Assembly (NCBI GenBank): GCA_002269645.1
Contig: NIVC01000440.1
Location: forward strand, 186,001 to 250,000
Source: Macrostomum lignano
Lineage: Eukaryota
DNA length: 64,000 bases
Direction: 5' to 3'
Part shown: piece by piece, positions 38,260 to 52,701 of the stretch
Position numbering within the stretch: the stretch's first letter is position 1
How the letters are laid out: each line of letters begins with the position of its first letter
The notes under the pieces: generated by a model
What the model was told of the DNA's origin: nothing
The model's input: the letters and a program-made list of their open reading frames with translations, nothing else
Database searches by the model: none
Program-made: the position numbers and the translations under genes

Positions 38260-39610
38260 TCAGTATACCACCCATTCTATCATTCAGTACATAACCCATG
38301 TTATCCTTCAGTACATCACCCATTCACATTTTATCCTTCAGTACATCACCCATTCACATTCTATCCATCAGTATATCACCCATTCACATTCTATCCATCA
38401 GTATATCACCCATTCAAATTCTATCCATCAGTACATCACCCATTCACATTCTATCCATCAGTATATCACCCATTCTATCCATCAGTATATCACCCATTCA
38501 AATTCTATCCATCAGTACATCACCCATTCACATTCTATCCATCAGTATATCACCCATTCTATCCATCAGTATATCACCCATTCTATCCATCAGTATATCA
38601 CCCATTCTATCCATCAGTATATCACCCATTCTATCCATCAGTATATCACCCATTCTATCAATCAGTATATCACCCATTCTATCCATCAGTATATCACCCA
38701 TTCTATCCATCAGTATATCACCCATTCTATCCATCAGTATGTCACCCATTCACATTCTATCCATCAGTATATCACCCATTCACATTCTATCCATCAGTAT
38801 ATCACCCATTCACATTCTATCCATCAGTACATCACCCATTCACATTCTATCCATCAGTATGTCACCCATTCTATCCATCAGTATATCACCCATTCACATT
38901 CTATCCATCAGTATATCACCCATTCACATTCTATCCATCAGTATATCACCCATTCACATTCTATCCATCAGTATATCACCCATTCACATTCTATCCTTCA
39001 GTACATCACCCATTCACATTCTATCCATCAGTATATCACCCATTCACATTCTATCCATCAGTATATCACCCATTCACATTCTATCCTTCAGTACATCACC
39101 CATTCACATTCTATCCATCAGTATATCACCCATTCACATTCTATCCATCAGTATATCACCCATTCACATTCTATCCATCAGTATATCACCCATTCACATT
39201 CTATCCTTCAGTACATCACCCATTCACATTCTATCCATCAGTATATCACCCATTCTATCCATCAGTATATCACCCATTCTATCCATCAGTATATCACTCA
39301 TTCTATCCTTCAGTATATCACCCATTCTATCCTTCAGTATATCACTCATTCTATCCTTCAGTATATCACCCATTCTATCCATCAGTATATCACCCATTCT
39401 ATCCATCAGTATATCACCTATTCTATCCATCAGTATATCACCCATTCTTTCCTTCAGTATATCACCTATTCTATCCATCAGTATATCACCCATTCTATCC
39501 ATCAGTATATCACCCATTGTATCCTTCAGTATATCACCTATTCTATCCTTCAGTATATCACCTATTCTATCCTTCAGTATATCACCTATTCTATCCTTCA
39601 GTATGTCACC
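38260..39610. repeat. 24/30-bp minisatellite (CCCATT[CACATT]CTATCCATCAGTATATCA)
   Basis: Direct reading. Confidence 0.95.
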
Positions 39611-40139
39611 CATTATATCCAAGTATATCTCCTATTCTATTCACTCATAGCAATCAATAACTTAGCCGACAATCAGACCCAGTTTGCCTTACCTTCTATT
39701 AAAGCGATCCGATAATCCGAGACAGCAAATCTCTAGTTCGAAAAAGCCATTCTCAAAGCAAAATAATCTTTGCAATTCGAAGTTCGTTTTGCCAGTTCAA
39801 AATCAGGCCTGACTCATTTCAAAAATCCGACACGGGCACAAGAAGCATTGGGTTTCTTAGGGAAAGGCCCGACCGGGTGAGGGGGGAAGAGATGCAATAG
39901 GTGTCCCACGTCCCCGCCTCACCCCTGCCCAGAGTTGACCAATTGGCGCGCCGCTTCTAGTAGATAACACAGAAATAAGAAACCAGCCGAACAGAGGCCA
40001 GAAGCGCCATTTGACAAGCAGAGGCTTGGCCGTTTGGAGTCTGAGTGGGAAAGAGAGCCTGGATAGGCTGACGGGAGCGAAGGGAGGCCTATAGAGTGAC
40101 ATTAGAGAGTTACAGACAAGTATAAAGGTGTTTAGATTG

Positions 40140-42320
40140 ACAACGAGAGTGAATAGGAGACTCGGAGTGACAAGTAGAGTGAATAGGAGACTTGAAGTGT
40201 CAAGTAGAGTGAACAGGAGACTCAGAGTGATAACGAGAGTGAATAGGAGACTTGGAGTGCCAAGTAGAGTGAATAGGAGACTCGGAGTGACAACGGGAGT
40301 GAATAGGAGACTCGGAGTGACAAGTAGAGTGAATAGGAGACTCGTAGTGACAACGGGAGTGAATAGGAGACTCAGAGTGATAACGAGAGTGAATAGGAGA
40401 CTCGGAGTGACAACGGGAGTGAATAGGAGACTCAGAGTGATAACGAGAGTGAATAGGAGACTTGGAGTGACAAGTAGAGTGAATAGGAGACTCGGAGTGA
40501 CAAAGTAGAGTGAATAGGAGACTTGAAGTGCCAAGTAGAGTGAATGGGAGACTCGGAGTGACAACGAGAGTGAATAGGAGACTGGGAAAGAGTGACAACG
40601 GGAGTGAATAGGAGACTCAGAGTGCCAAGTAGAGTGAATGGGAGACTCGGAGTGATAACGAGAGTGAATAGGAGACTGGGAGTGACAACTACAGTAAATA
40701 GGAGACTCGGAGTGACAACGGGAGTGAATAGGAGACTCGGAGTGACAACGGGAGTGAATAGGAGACTCGGAGTGACAAGTAGAGTGAATAGGAGACTCGG
40801 AGTGACAACGGGAGTGAATAGGAGACTCAGAGTGATAACGAGAGTGAATAGGAGACTCGGAGTGACAACGGGAGTGAATAGGAGACTCAGAGTGATAACG
40901 AGAGTGAATAGGAGACTTGGAGTGACAAGTAGAGTGAATAGGAGACTCGGAGTGACAAAGTAGAGTGAATAGGAGACTTGAAGTGCCAAGTAGAGTGAAC
41001 AGGAGACTCGGAGTGACAACGAGAGTGAATAGGAGACTGGGAAAGAGTGACAACGGGAGTGAATAGGAGACTCAGAGTGCCAAGTAGAGTGAATGGGAGA
41101 CTCGGAGTGATAACGAGAGTGAATAGGAGACTGGGAGTGACAACTACAGTGAATAGGAGACTCGGAGTGACAACGGGAGTGAATAGGAGACTCGGAGTGA
41201 CAACGGGAGTGAATAGGAGACTCGGAGTGACAAGTAGAGTGAATAGGAGACTCGGAGTGACAACGGGAGTGAATAGGAGACTCAGAGTGATAACGAGAGT
41301 GAATAGGAGACTCGGAGTGACAACGGGAGTGAATAGGAGACTCAGAGTGATAACGAGAGTGAATAGGAGACTTGGAGTGACAAGTAGAGTGAATAGGAGA
41401 CTCGGAGTGACAAAGTAGAGTGAATAGGAGACTTGAAGTGCCAAGTAGAGTGAACAGGAGACTCGGAGTGACAACGAGAGTGAATAGGAGACTGGGAAAG
41501 AGTGACAACGGGAGTGAATAGGAGACTCAGAGTGCCAAGTAGAGTGAATGGGAGACTCGGAGTGATAACGAGAGTGAATAGGAGACTGGGAGTGACAACT
41601 ACAGTGAATAGGAGACTCGGAGTGACAACGGGAGTGAATAGGAGACTCGGAGTGACAACGGGAGTGAATAGGAGACTCGGAGTGACAAGTAGAGTGAATA
41701 GGAGACTCGTAGTGACAACGGGAGTGAATAGGAGACTCAGAGTGATAACGAGAGTGAATAGGAGACTCGGAGTGACAACGGGAGTGAATAGGAGACTCAG
41801 AGTGATAACGAGAGTGAATAGGAGACTTGGAGTGACAAGTAGAGTGAATAGGAGACTCGGAGTGACAAAGTAGAGTGAATAGGAGACTTGAAGTGCCAAG
41901 TAGAGTGAATGGGAGACTCGGAGTGACAACGAGAGTGAATAGGAGACTGGGAAAGAGTGACAACGGGAGTGAATAGGAGACTCAGAGTGCCAAGTAGAGT
42001 GAATGGGAGACTCGGAGTGATAACGAGAGTGAATAGGAGACTGGGAGTGACAACTACAGTGAATAGGAGACTGGGAGTGACAACGGGAGTGAATAGGAGA
42101 CTGAGAGTGACAATGGGAGTGAATAGGAGACTGGGAGTGACAACGGGAGTGAATAGGAGACTGGGAGTGACAACGGGAGTGAATAGGAGACTGGGAAAGA
42201 GTGACAACGGGAGTGAATAGGAGACTGGGAAAGAGTGACAACGGGAGTGAATAGGAGACTGGGAGTGCCAAGTAGAGTGAATGGGAGACTCGGAGTGACA
42301 ACGGGAGTGAATAGGAGACT
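40140..42320. repeat. 30-bp satellite (GAGTGAATAGGAGACTCGGAGTGACAACGG) with a 455-bp higher-order repeat
   Basis: Equivalent blocks at 40592, 41047, 41502, 41957. Confidence 0.95.
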
Positions 42321-43314
42321 AAGGAAAGTAAAAATACTACAGAATTACAAGAGCCAGCAGATTAATAAACTGATGAAATAAACAAACACTGAATTTTTCC
42401 AAGCAGAATTTTTACTAACCAAAACTTAACTTTTAAAGCACAAGAAAACCTATAGGCAAATGAAACACTTGGCTATAGTGTATTTGAAAATAATTAACAA
42501 AAATATTAAATCAATCGGCATAACAGAGGGTTGGACAAGTTTTTAAACAATAGAATGCGTCTTATAATTGCTCGAACGCCAGCAAGAACACAGGCCAAGT
42601 GATTCACCTGGAGTACAATGAAGATACCAGGGCTTTTAGAAGGCCTATAATTAAGTGCAATTCAAATTATATCGGTTTTATGGTACTTTGAGAGTCACTG
42701 GGTAAGCACGCTTTTTTATACCGGTTAATATAATTTACTTTTATTGAACTGACAGAACAGAAATAGGCAGTGACAGACTGCTTGATTAGGATAATCAGGA
42801 GTGACAGACTTAGAGGTTCGGGAGTGACAGGCTCTAAGAGAACGGGGAGTGACAGGCTCAAAGAGAACCGGGGAGTGACAGACTCAGAGAACTGGGGAGT
42901 GACAGACTAAGAGAACCGGGGAGTGACAGACTCAGAGAACTGGGGAGTGACAGACTAAAAGAACCGGGGAGTGACAGACTCAGATAATAGGGAAGTGACA
43001 GACTAAGAGAACCGGGGAGTGACAGACTCAGAGAATAGGAGAGTGTGACACAGGCGGACAGGAAGAAGTTAGTATAGAAAAAGACTGGGAAGGTGGCGAG
43101 CATAAAAATAGAAGAAAAGGAAGAGGCATTGAGATTTCTAAAAAAACCCACAAAACCCAATGACAGTCAGCCAGTCATAACAGTTTACAAACAAGGGAGA
43201 GAAACACTGATTGAATGAAATGAATGAGACAAAAAATCAAACAACATAGGCTGTCAACGTTCAGACGCAGGCGACAGTGGCCTATACTAACTTCCGTTTT
43301 GCTAGGCCTTTGGC

Positions 43315-46300
43315 TCAGAACTGGCAGCTCACGACCGTGGCGGCTTCGGTCAGCCTCACAGAATAGCTGGTATCCGTGAACCGGTGCAGCAGCGGCTTCA
43401 AGCCCAGGTCCTTAGCCCGAACAGCTGATCCCGGTCTCGTGAGCAGCAGGTTTCCAACCGACACAACCACGAGAAATGCGGGCTCGTCTTTCAGTGCCAA
43501 GCCAGCTTTGGCCAGCATGCGGTGCAGCAATTCGAGCAGCCGGTCAGCTGAGGACTCCGGGCACTCGGCCTGCTGCTGCACCAACTGGGACAGGTTGCAC
43601 AGGGCTGATGAGACGGCCGTCTGGGAGGTTTGGGCCGAGAGTGGTTGGCTGCTTAAAGAATGACTGACTGACTCAGTGAATGACTGACTGACTCAGTGAA
43701 TGACTGAATGACTCAGTGAATGACTGAATGACTCAGTGAATGACTGAATGACACAGTGAATGACTGAATGACTCAGTGAATGATTGAATGACTCAGTGAA
43801 TGATTGACTGACTCAGTGAATGACTGAATGACTCAGTGAATGACTGAATGACTCAGTGAATGACTGAATGACACAGTGAATGACTGAATGACTCAGTGAA
43901 TGATTGAATGACTCAGTGAATGACTGACAGACTAAGTGAATGACTGAATGACTCAAACAGTGCATGACTGAATGACTCAAACAGTGCATGACTGAATGAC
44001 TCAAACAGTGCATGACTTAATGACTCAAACAGTGCATGACTGAATGAGTCAAGCAGTGCATGAGTGAATGACTCAAACAGTGCATAACTAAATGAGTCAA
44101 GCAGTGCATGACTGAATGACTCAAACAGTGCATGACTGAATGAGTCAAGCAGTGCATGACTGAATGACTCAAACAGTGCATGACTAAATGAGTCAAGCAG
44201 TGCATGACTGAATGACTCAAACAGTGCGTGACTAAATGAGTCAAGCAGTGCATGACTGAATGACTCAAACAGTGCATGACTAAATGAGTCAAGCAGTGCA
44301 TGACTGAATGACTCAAAAAGTGCATGACTGAATGAGTCAAGCAGTGCATGACTGAATGACTCAAACAGTGCATGACTAAATGAGTCAAGCAGTGCATGAC
44401 AAAACTACAAATAAGCCAGTAGTTCAGAGTCGACTCGCTCACCTGCCAGCCGGCATTCTCCTTGGCAAAGTCCAGCTGATCAATTAATTTGAGCACCGAT
44501 TTAAAATTGCCAACTAGCCAAACTTTACCAGCCTCAGTTGCAGCTAAATTGGCCAGCAGCCTGGCCGCGAGCATCTGACACGGCAGACTGCTACTAGGAG
44601 ACAGAAATTTAGCCAACAACTGAGCTACAGTTGCACTGCCGGATTCCAACAGGATCTGAGCAGCCACAGGAAATCTGCAAGCCATTCGCAGCACATCAAG
44701 CAGAGGCAGAGAGCAATCTGAAGCTCCAGTCAAGGCCGTGTCAGCAATGGACAGAATCAGTCGGGCATCGGCTGAGTCTCCCTGACTGATCCCGGATTCC
44801 ACCAGTGCGTCCAGCCGATCGGGCAGGTCTGCTGGCACCGAGGCGGCCAGTTCGCCAAGTTTCTTACGCAGCCCGGCCATGTTGCCAGCTGACAGAATCT
44901 GCAACTCCTTGTAGGGCAGGTATCTGAAAGGTGTGTGAACGCGGCTCTCATGTAGCTTTATATATACCGATGTTGCGACCTTAGATAATCAGCAGATTTG
45001 CGTGTCAGACTACTTAAAGTAAAAAACCCAAGTTCAAAGTAGTAATGTTTTTTTAATTCAAGACAATTCAATACCTATTGCATTTCAATCAGAGCTCCGT
45101 CCCAATATCCCACACCAATTAGAGAATCCCATCCCATATACCACACACTAATTAGAGAATCCCATCCCATATCCCACACCAATTAGAGAATCCCATCCCA
45201 TATCCCACACCAATTAGAGAATCCCATCCCATATCCCACACCAATTAGAGAATCCTATCCCATATCCCACACCAATTAGAGAATCCTATCCCATATCCCA
45301 CACCAATTAGAGAATCCCATCTCATATCCCACACCAATTAGAGAATCCCATCTCATATCCCACACCAATTAGAGAATGTCCCATCCCATATCCCACACCA
45401 GCTAGAGAATCCCATCTCATATCCCATACCAATTAGAGAATGTCCCATCTCATATCCCACACCAATTAGAGAATGTCCCATCTCATATCCCATACCAATT
45501 AGAGAATCCCATCTCATATCCCACACCAATTAGAGAAAGTCCCATCTCATATCCCACACCAATTAGAGAATGTCCCATCCCATATCCCACACCAGCTAGA
45601 GAATCCCATCTCATATCCCATACCAATTAGAGAATGTCCCATCCCATATCCCACACCAGCTAGAGAATCCCATCTCATATCCCACACCAATTAGAGAATC
45701 CCATCCCATATCCCACACCAGCTAGAGAATCCCATCCCATATCCCACACCAATTAGAGAATGTCCCATCCCATATCCCACACCAGCTAGAGAATCCCATC
45801 TCATATCCCACACCAATTAGAGAATGTCCCATCCCATATCCCACACCAATTAGAGAAAGTCCCATCCAATATTCTACACCAATTAGAGAATCCCATCCCA
45901 TATCCCACACCAATTAGAGAATGTCCCATCCAATATTCTACACCAATTAGAGAATCCCATCCCATATCCCACACCAATTAGAGAATGTCCCATCCAATAT
46001 TCTACACCAATTAGAGAATCCCATCCCATATCCCACACCAATTAGAGAATCCCATAAACCAGATCCCACAGTGACACTAATTAAAGAATCCCAAATATCC
46101 CAAATCCCATGCCAACAGGAGAAACACCTCACTTGGCCTTTAATTCGGGGGTGACTCCTCGTTCGCCGCTAGCGCCGCCTCCAACCCCAGCGCCGCCAGG
46201 CACGTACCGGTTGCCACCGGTGAAGGGGTCGCTAAAGCCTCTGCCGGTTCCACCGTCACTAGTGCCGCTACCGGGTATGTACCTGCCAGAGCCGGTGTAC

Positions 46301-49300
46301 GGATCCGCATAGGTGCCCTGACTAATAGTTGGAGTCTCGCCAGCGTTGGTCCTAATAAACTGGGCCACCTGATCCAGGTAGGCCTGCGGCAGCAGGTGCT
46401 TGTCAATAAATCTTTGAGCAGCGAACCAAGGATCTTCGGTGCGATTGTAAGGCAGCTTCAGAGGCGGCTTGCCTTCTTCAACGTCTACGGTGAACACAAA
46501 ATCGTAGTCTTGGCCTTCAAAACGGGTCCGGCCGCCGCTGCCGCCGCCTCCGCCGCCTCCGCTGTTGACTGTCTCTCCGCCTTCTCCGCCAACAACGTCG
46601 CCTACCTTTTGCCATCTGATAGTTATTGAAAGTGGATCAAGGGTATGAGATTGAAAATTGACTAATTGATTCCATGTATTTGAGTGGTTTGGGGTGGCTT
46701 GGGGGGCGATTCTTGGAGTGACTTGGAGGGCGATTCTCAGGGTGGATTGGGGGCGATTCTCAGGGTGGATTGGGGGGCGATTCTCAGGGTGGATTGGGGG
46801 CGATTCTCAGGGTGGATTGGGGGGCGATTCTCAGGGTGGATTGGGGGCGATTCTCAGGGTGGATTGGGGGCGATTCTCAGGGCGGATTGGGGGCGATTCT
46901 CAGGGTGGATTGGGGGCGATTCTCGGCGGATTGGGGGAGATTCTCAGGGTGGATTGGGGGCGATTCTCAGGGCGGATTGGGGGCGATTCTCAGGGTGGAT
47001 TGGGGGCGATTCTCAGGTGGATTGGGGGAGATTCTCAGGGTGGATTGGGGGAGATTCTCAGGGTGGATTGGGGGCGATTCTCAGGGTGGTTTGGAACGAT
47101 TTTCAGGGTGGCTGGGGGCGATTCTCAAAGTGGTTTGGAGGCGATTCTCGTGGTGGTTTGGGGCGATTCTCAAGGTGGTTTGGAATGATTTTCGGGGTGA
47201 CTTGGGGCGACTCTCAGAGTGGATTGGGGGCGATTCTCAGGGTGGTTTGGAATGATTTTCGGGGTGACTTGGGGCGACTCTCAGAGTGGATTGGGGGCGA
47301 TTCTCAGGGTGGTTTGGAATGATTTTCAGGGTGACTTGGGGCGACTCTCAGAGTGGATTGGGGGCGATTCTCAGGGTGGTTTGGAATGACTTTCAGGGTG
47401 ACTTGGGGCGATTCTCAAAGTGGTTTGGAGGCGATTCTCAGTGTGGTTTGGGGGCGATTCTCAGGGTGGTTTGGGGGCGATTTTCAGGGTTGCTTGGGGG
47501 CGATCCTCGATTCCTCATGGTTGCTTGGGGCGATTTTCGTGGTTCCTTAGGGCGAACCTAATGGTGATTTAATGGCAATTCTCAAGGTGGTTTGGGGCGA
47601 TTCTCATGATGGTTTGGAGACGATTCTCAGAGTGGTTTGGACTCACTTGGAATTGGGTCAAGATCAATTTCAAGATGGTTCAGGGGAGGGTAACGGTCTG
47701 AGTCTATGGTGGAAAACTGCAAAAATTATCATAAACAACAAATGGTTGTTTACTCACTTGGCCTCCTCGTTAGACCACTGATGCGCTTCAATCTTGGCGC
47801 CGCGCCTCACCATGATAACCTGGCCCTCCCGCTGACCGGCCCTGGTCAAGGCCTCCGGGCCGGGCAGCTTCTCCGTGTCCAGATCGCCGATCTTCACCGG
47901 GATGGCGCTGTCCGCGACCTCGGCTTCGTACACGGCCAGCAGGTCAGGCGGTGCCAGTCGGTGGGCTTCGGCTGTGAATACGCGAATGGCCTGGCCGGCG
48001 GGGAGTGCGAGGTGAACAGGCACACGATGCAGCTGCGAGAGGTGATGACCGCCTGACTGCCTACCTGCCTGTTTATGACTGCCCGTCTGTTTATCTGCCT
48101 GTTTACCTACTGTTAATTTACCTGTCTGTTTACTTGAATGTCTGTTTACCTGTCTGTTTATTTATCTGCCTGTTGATGAGTGTTTATCTGCCTTTTTACC
48201 TGTCTGTTTACCTGACTATTTATCTGCCTGTTTACCTACCTGTTTATTTGCCTGTTTACCTGCCTGTTTATCAATATAATAACTTGCCTGTTTATTTGCC
48301 TGTTTATTTACCTGTTTATCTGCCTGTTTATCTGCATCTGTTTATCTACCTGCTTACCTGCCTGCTGATTTGCCTGTTTATATATCTGTTTACTTGCCTG
48401 TTAACCTTCCTGTCTGTTTATCTGTTTGCTGACCTGTCCTTGTTTACCTGTATGTTCTGTATGTCCATTGGTCTGTTTGCGTGTCTGTTGACACTGTTTA
48501 CGTTTCGTTGATTTGTCTGTTTACCTATCTGTCCTCATCTGATTCTGCTTGCTAAGACTGCAGTTCTAGCTTACAGGCTTAGAGTCAGCTGACAAAAAAA
48601 GGCGCAGAGGCCCGATATAAATAAACAACTCACAGCGTCGCTGCCGGCAACAGCCAGGTCGCCATTCACTAGCCAACAGACGGCCCAAATAGACTGGCAG
48701 GGCATGGTCAGGGCCTGCAGACAGGCGCCAGTCTCCACCGACCACAATCGGCAGGTTCGATCCTCGGACGCCGAGGCGAAATGCAAAACGTCGCCGTCAG
48801 CGTCCGGGTCGGGCAGGGCGGCGACGGCGTAGACGAAACCGGCGTGACCTTCAAATGTCATCTGGCTGGAGGCGGCGTGCAGGTGCCACAGTCGGAGCGT
48901 GGCGTCGTTGCTGCAGGACACAAATCGGCGATTGGGGAGGCGGCAGAGGCCGCGAACGGCGTCGAAGTGACCAGAGAGAGTCGTCACGCTGGAGGGCTTG
49001 GCCAGCTGCTGCGGCTGTTGAGTTAATAAAATACGTATTCGTGCTTAGGATATTATTACTAACAGCTATAAAATCCCAGTTCCCTAATCTGAAATCCCAA
49101 TTCCCTAATCTGAAATCCCAATTCCCCAATCTGAAATCCCAATTCCCTAATCTGAAATCCCAATTCTATAATCTAAAATCCCAATTCCCCAATCTGAAAT
49201 TTCAATTCCCTAATCTGAAATCCCAGTTCCCTAATCTGAAATCCTAATTCCATAATCTGAAATCTCAGTTCCCTAATCTGAAATCCCAATTCCCTAATCT

Positions 49301-51413
49301 AAAATCCCAATTCTCTAATCTAAAATCGCAGTTCTCCAATCTGAAATCCGAATTCCTTAACCTGAAATCGCAATTCTCCAATCTGAAATCCCAATTCCAT
49401 AATCTGAAATCCCAGTTCCCCAATCTAAAATCCCTATTCTCTAATCTAAAATCGCAATTCTCCAATCTGAAATCCCAATTCCCTAATCTGAAATCCCAAT
49501 TCAACCATTTTAAATCTATTTTCCAACCTGAAATCCCAATTTCTAAATCTGAAATCCCAATTCTCTAAGCTAGAATCCCAAATTCTCCAACCTGAAATCC
49601 CAATTCCCCAATCTGAAATCCTAATTCCCCAGTCTGAAATCCCGATTCCACATATTGAATCCTCAACCCTCCCACTTGAAATCCCGACTCCCCAAATTGA
49701 AATCCCAATCCCACAATCCGAAATTCGAAGTCCCAGTTACCAGTTCAGTCTCGCCATCCTTATCCGTGCCGAGCTCCATCGGCCACAGCTTGATCTGTCT
49801 GTCCGCCCCGGCCGTGGCGACCAGCGCCTCCTCCGGGTCGAAGCTGATAGCGGACCAGACCGCCGCCTCGTGGCCGCCAGCGAACACGGCCACGCAGCGG
49901 TTGCGACGCCACAGTCGAGCGGTTCGGTCCCAGCTGGCGCTGAGCAGCTGGCGGCCGCTGGATCCGTGCGGGCCGGCGCAGCTCAGGCCGCAGACGTTCG
50001 CTTCGTGACCTTCGAGACGAGCGACTGGCTCGGGCGAGTCCAGGGTGAAGGCGAATATTACCTGGTTGAGAGGGGGGCATTTGGCGATAGGATACAATGG
50101 GATTTTATCCAAAAAGTTATCAAGAAAGGGATAGAAAGTTATATATATATATTGAGAATAAGAGGACTTTATGGGGAAATATGAAGGGGAGAATAGGGAT
50201 TCATGGGGAACATGGTGGGAAGTAGCGGGATTCATGGGGAATATGGTGGGGAGAATGGGGATTTATGGGGAAATATGATGGGGAGAATGGGGATTTATGG
50301 GAAATATGATGGGGAGAATGGGGATTCATGGGGAATATGGTGGGGAGAAGGGGATTCATGGGGAAATATGATGGGGAGAATGGGGATTCATGGGGAATAT
50401 GGTGGGGAGAAGGGGGAATTCATGGGGAATATGGTGGGGAGAATGGGGATTTATGGGGAAATATGATGGGGAGAATGGGGATTCATGGGGAATATGGTGG
50501 GGAGAATGGGGATTTATGGGGAAATATGATGGGGAGAATGGGGATTCATGGGGAATATGGTGGGGAGAATGGGGATTCATGGGGAATATGGTGGGGAGAA
50601 TGGGGATTTATGGGGAAATATGATGGGGAGAATGGGGATTCATGGGGAATATGGTGGGGAGAATGGGGATTTATGGGGAAATATGGTGGGGAGAATGGGG
50701 ATTTACGGGGAAATATGGTGGGGAGAATGGGGATTTATGGGGAAATATGGTGGGGAGAATGGGGATTTATGGGGAAATATGATGGGGAGACTGGGGATTC
50801 ATGGGGAATATGATGGGGAGAATGGGGATTTATGGGGAAATATGATGGGGAGAATGGGGATTCATGGGGAATATGGTGGGGAGAATGGGGATTCATGGGG
50901 AAATATGGTGGGAGAATGGGGATTTATGGGGAAATATGATGGGGAGAATGGGGATTCATGGGGAATATGATGGGGAGAATGGGGATTTATGGGGAAATAT
51001 GATGGGGAGAATGGGGATTCATGGGAAAAAATAATAATAAGGAATTAAGAATGCGACGAAAACACAGGGAATAATGAGTAGTACTCTCCCATCTCCCAGC
51101 TACCCACCTTGTCCATTCCAGCGGTGTACAGCAGGCCACCAGGGCACCAGTCGCACGGGTCCATCCAAGCAACGGCATTCACGTAGCCGGCATGCGAGCA
51201 CAGGCCCAGGCACTCCGTGTAACCAACCGCTCCATCTTCAGCAGCCAGATCCGGACTCCAAACTCGAGCTGTTCGATCGCGACTGGCGCTGGCGATACAG
51301 GCAGCCCCAGACAGGGCAGGGGAGGTCACCGAGCACAGGGCTTTCACGTCTTTCTCGTGGCCTAGAAGGCTGCAGCTCAATCTGTAGGGTCGGAACGTGC
51401 TGGCCGATGCCAT
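43315..51413 (-). CDS. PLAA: Phospholipase A2-activating protein (Doa1/Ufd3), join(51413..51108,50061..49741,49014..48634,47990..47758,46615..46133,44923..44443,43620..43315), 836 aa
   Basis: WD40 propeller ([57 protein letters not shown]); PFU domain ([39 protein letters not shown]); PUL repeats; all junctions GT-AG, phase-consistent, 2511 nt. Confidence 0.95.
43660..44400. repeat. 20-bp then 24-bp minisatellites rich in TGA(C/G)TCA, last PLAA intron
   Basis: TGACTGAATGACTCAGTGAA and TGACTGAATGACTCAAACAGTGCA units. Confidence 0.93.
45108..46050. repeat. 31-33-bp minisatellite in a PLAA intron
   Basis: CCCATCCCATATCCCACACCAATTAGAGAAT. Confidence 0.93.
46690..47650. repeat. G-rich ~24-26-bp minisatellite in a PLAA intron
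   Basis: GGGGGCGATTCTCAGGGTGGATTG variants. Confidence 0.9.
49070..49720. repeat. 21-bp minisatellite in a PLAA intron
   Basis: CTGAAATCCCAATTCCCTAAT. Confidence 0.9.
50165..51025. repeat. ~31-bp G-rich minisatellite in PLAA intron 1
   Basis: GGGGAGAATGGGGATTCATGGGGAATATGGT variants. Confidence 0.9.
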
Positions 51414-51519
51414 GGGTACTTCTGTCTGGGATTGGCTTGGTGCTTGGATTGTCCTGGCTTTGCCTTGGCAACCGCGGCTTTCAGCTGCAGTGGAAAAAAT
51501 AATCTTGTATTAGAATTTT

Positions 51520-52320
51520 TTGGGAGATCTGGTCGCTGGGGTGAGGTCTGGTAGCTGGGGTGAGATCTAGTAGCTTCAGGTGGGATCTGGTAGCTGGGGT
51601 GAGGTCTGGTAGCTTTAGGTGAGATCTGGTAGCTGGAGTGAGGTCTGGTAGCTTTAGGTGAGATCTGGTAGCTGGGGTAAGATCTGGTAGCTGGGGTGGG
51701 ATCTGGTAGCTGGGGTGAGGTCTGGTAGCTGGGGTGAGATCTGGTAGCTGGGGTGGGATCTGGTAGCTGGGGTGAGGTCTGGTAGCTTTAGGTGAGATCT
51801 GGTAGCTGGGGTGAGGTCTGGTAGCTTTAGGTGAGATCTGGTAGCTGGGGTAAGATCTGGTAGCTTCAAGTGGGATCTGGTAGCTTGAAGTGAGAATCTG
51901 GTAGCTTAGATGAGATCTGGTAGTTGGGGTGAGGTCTGGTAGCTTTAGGTGAGATCTGGTAGCTGGGGTGAGATCTGGTAGCTTGGGTGAGATCTTCTGG
52001 TAGCTTGGGTGAGATCTGGTAGCTGGGGTAAGATCTGGTAGCTTCAAGTGGGATCTGGTAGCTTGAAGTGAGAATCTGGTAGCTTAGATGAGATCTGGTA
52101 GTTGGGGTGAGGTCTGGTAGCTTTAGGTGAGATCTGGTAGCTGGGGTGAGATCTGGTAGCTTGGGTGAGATCTTCTGGTAGCTTGGGTGAGATCTGGTAG
52201 CTTGAAGTGAGAATTTGGTAGCTGGGGTGAGATCTGGTAGCTGGGGTGAGATCTGGTAGCTGGGGTGAGATCTGGTAGCTTGGGTGAGATCTGGTAGCTT
52301 GGGTGAGATCTGGTAGCTTG
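51520..52320. repeat. ~19-20-bp minisatellite between the F-box locus and PLAA
   Basis: GAGATCTGGTAGCTGGGGT variants. Confidence 0.9.
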
Positions 52321-52701
52321 AGCCTATAATCTGGCATACAAAATGACAGGATAAAAATGAATTTAAATAGAGAGAAACAGCAACAATTATTAATATATGA
52401 ATATATTAGTTTAACAGTTTCAATTTAAATATTAGGGCAGTAAATAAAAAGGAGTAAAAAATTAAGCATCCGAACTACACGCAAATGTGACAGATTTATT
52501 TATGATTGAAAGCAAAATCAGAAAAATCTTTCTCTTTGAAGCCGATACTTAATTATATCACGAATATGCCAATGATCAATGGCTACTTAAGGCAATAAGT
52601 AGTTAAAAAATAGATTTGGAAATATAACAGAACTGTGTAATTAAATCAGGTTTAAAAACTGAGTGCTTTCTTTTATTTGTATCTTTCACATTATTGGAGA
52701 T

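Noticed and set aside
38134-42301. Long ORFs of 300-500 aa in satellites (also 6389-7684, 11269-12085, 23594-24706, 25528-26499, 27091-28099, 33040-34857)
   Set aside because: Open in several frames or strands at once; translations just mirror the repeat unit
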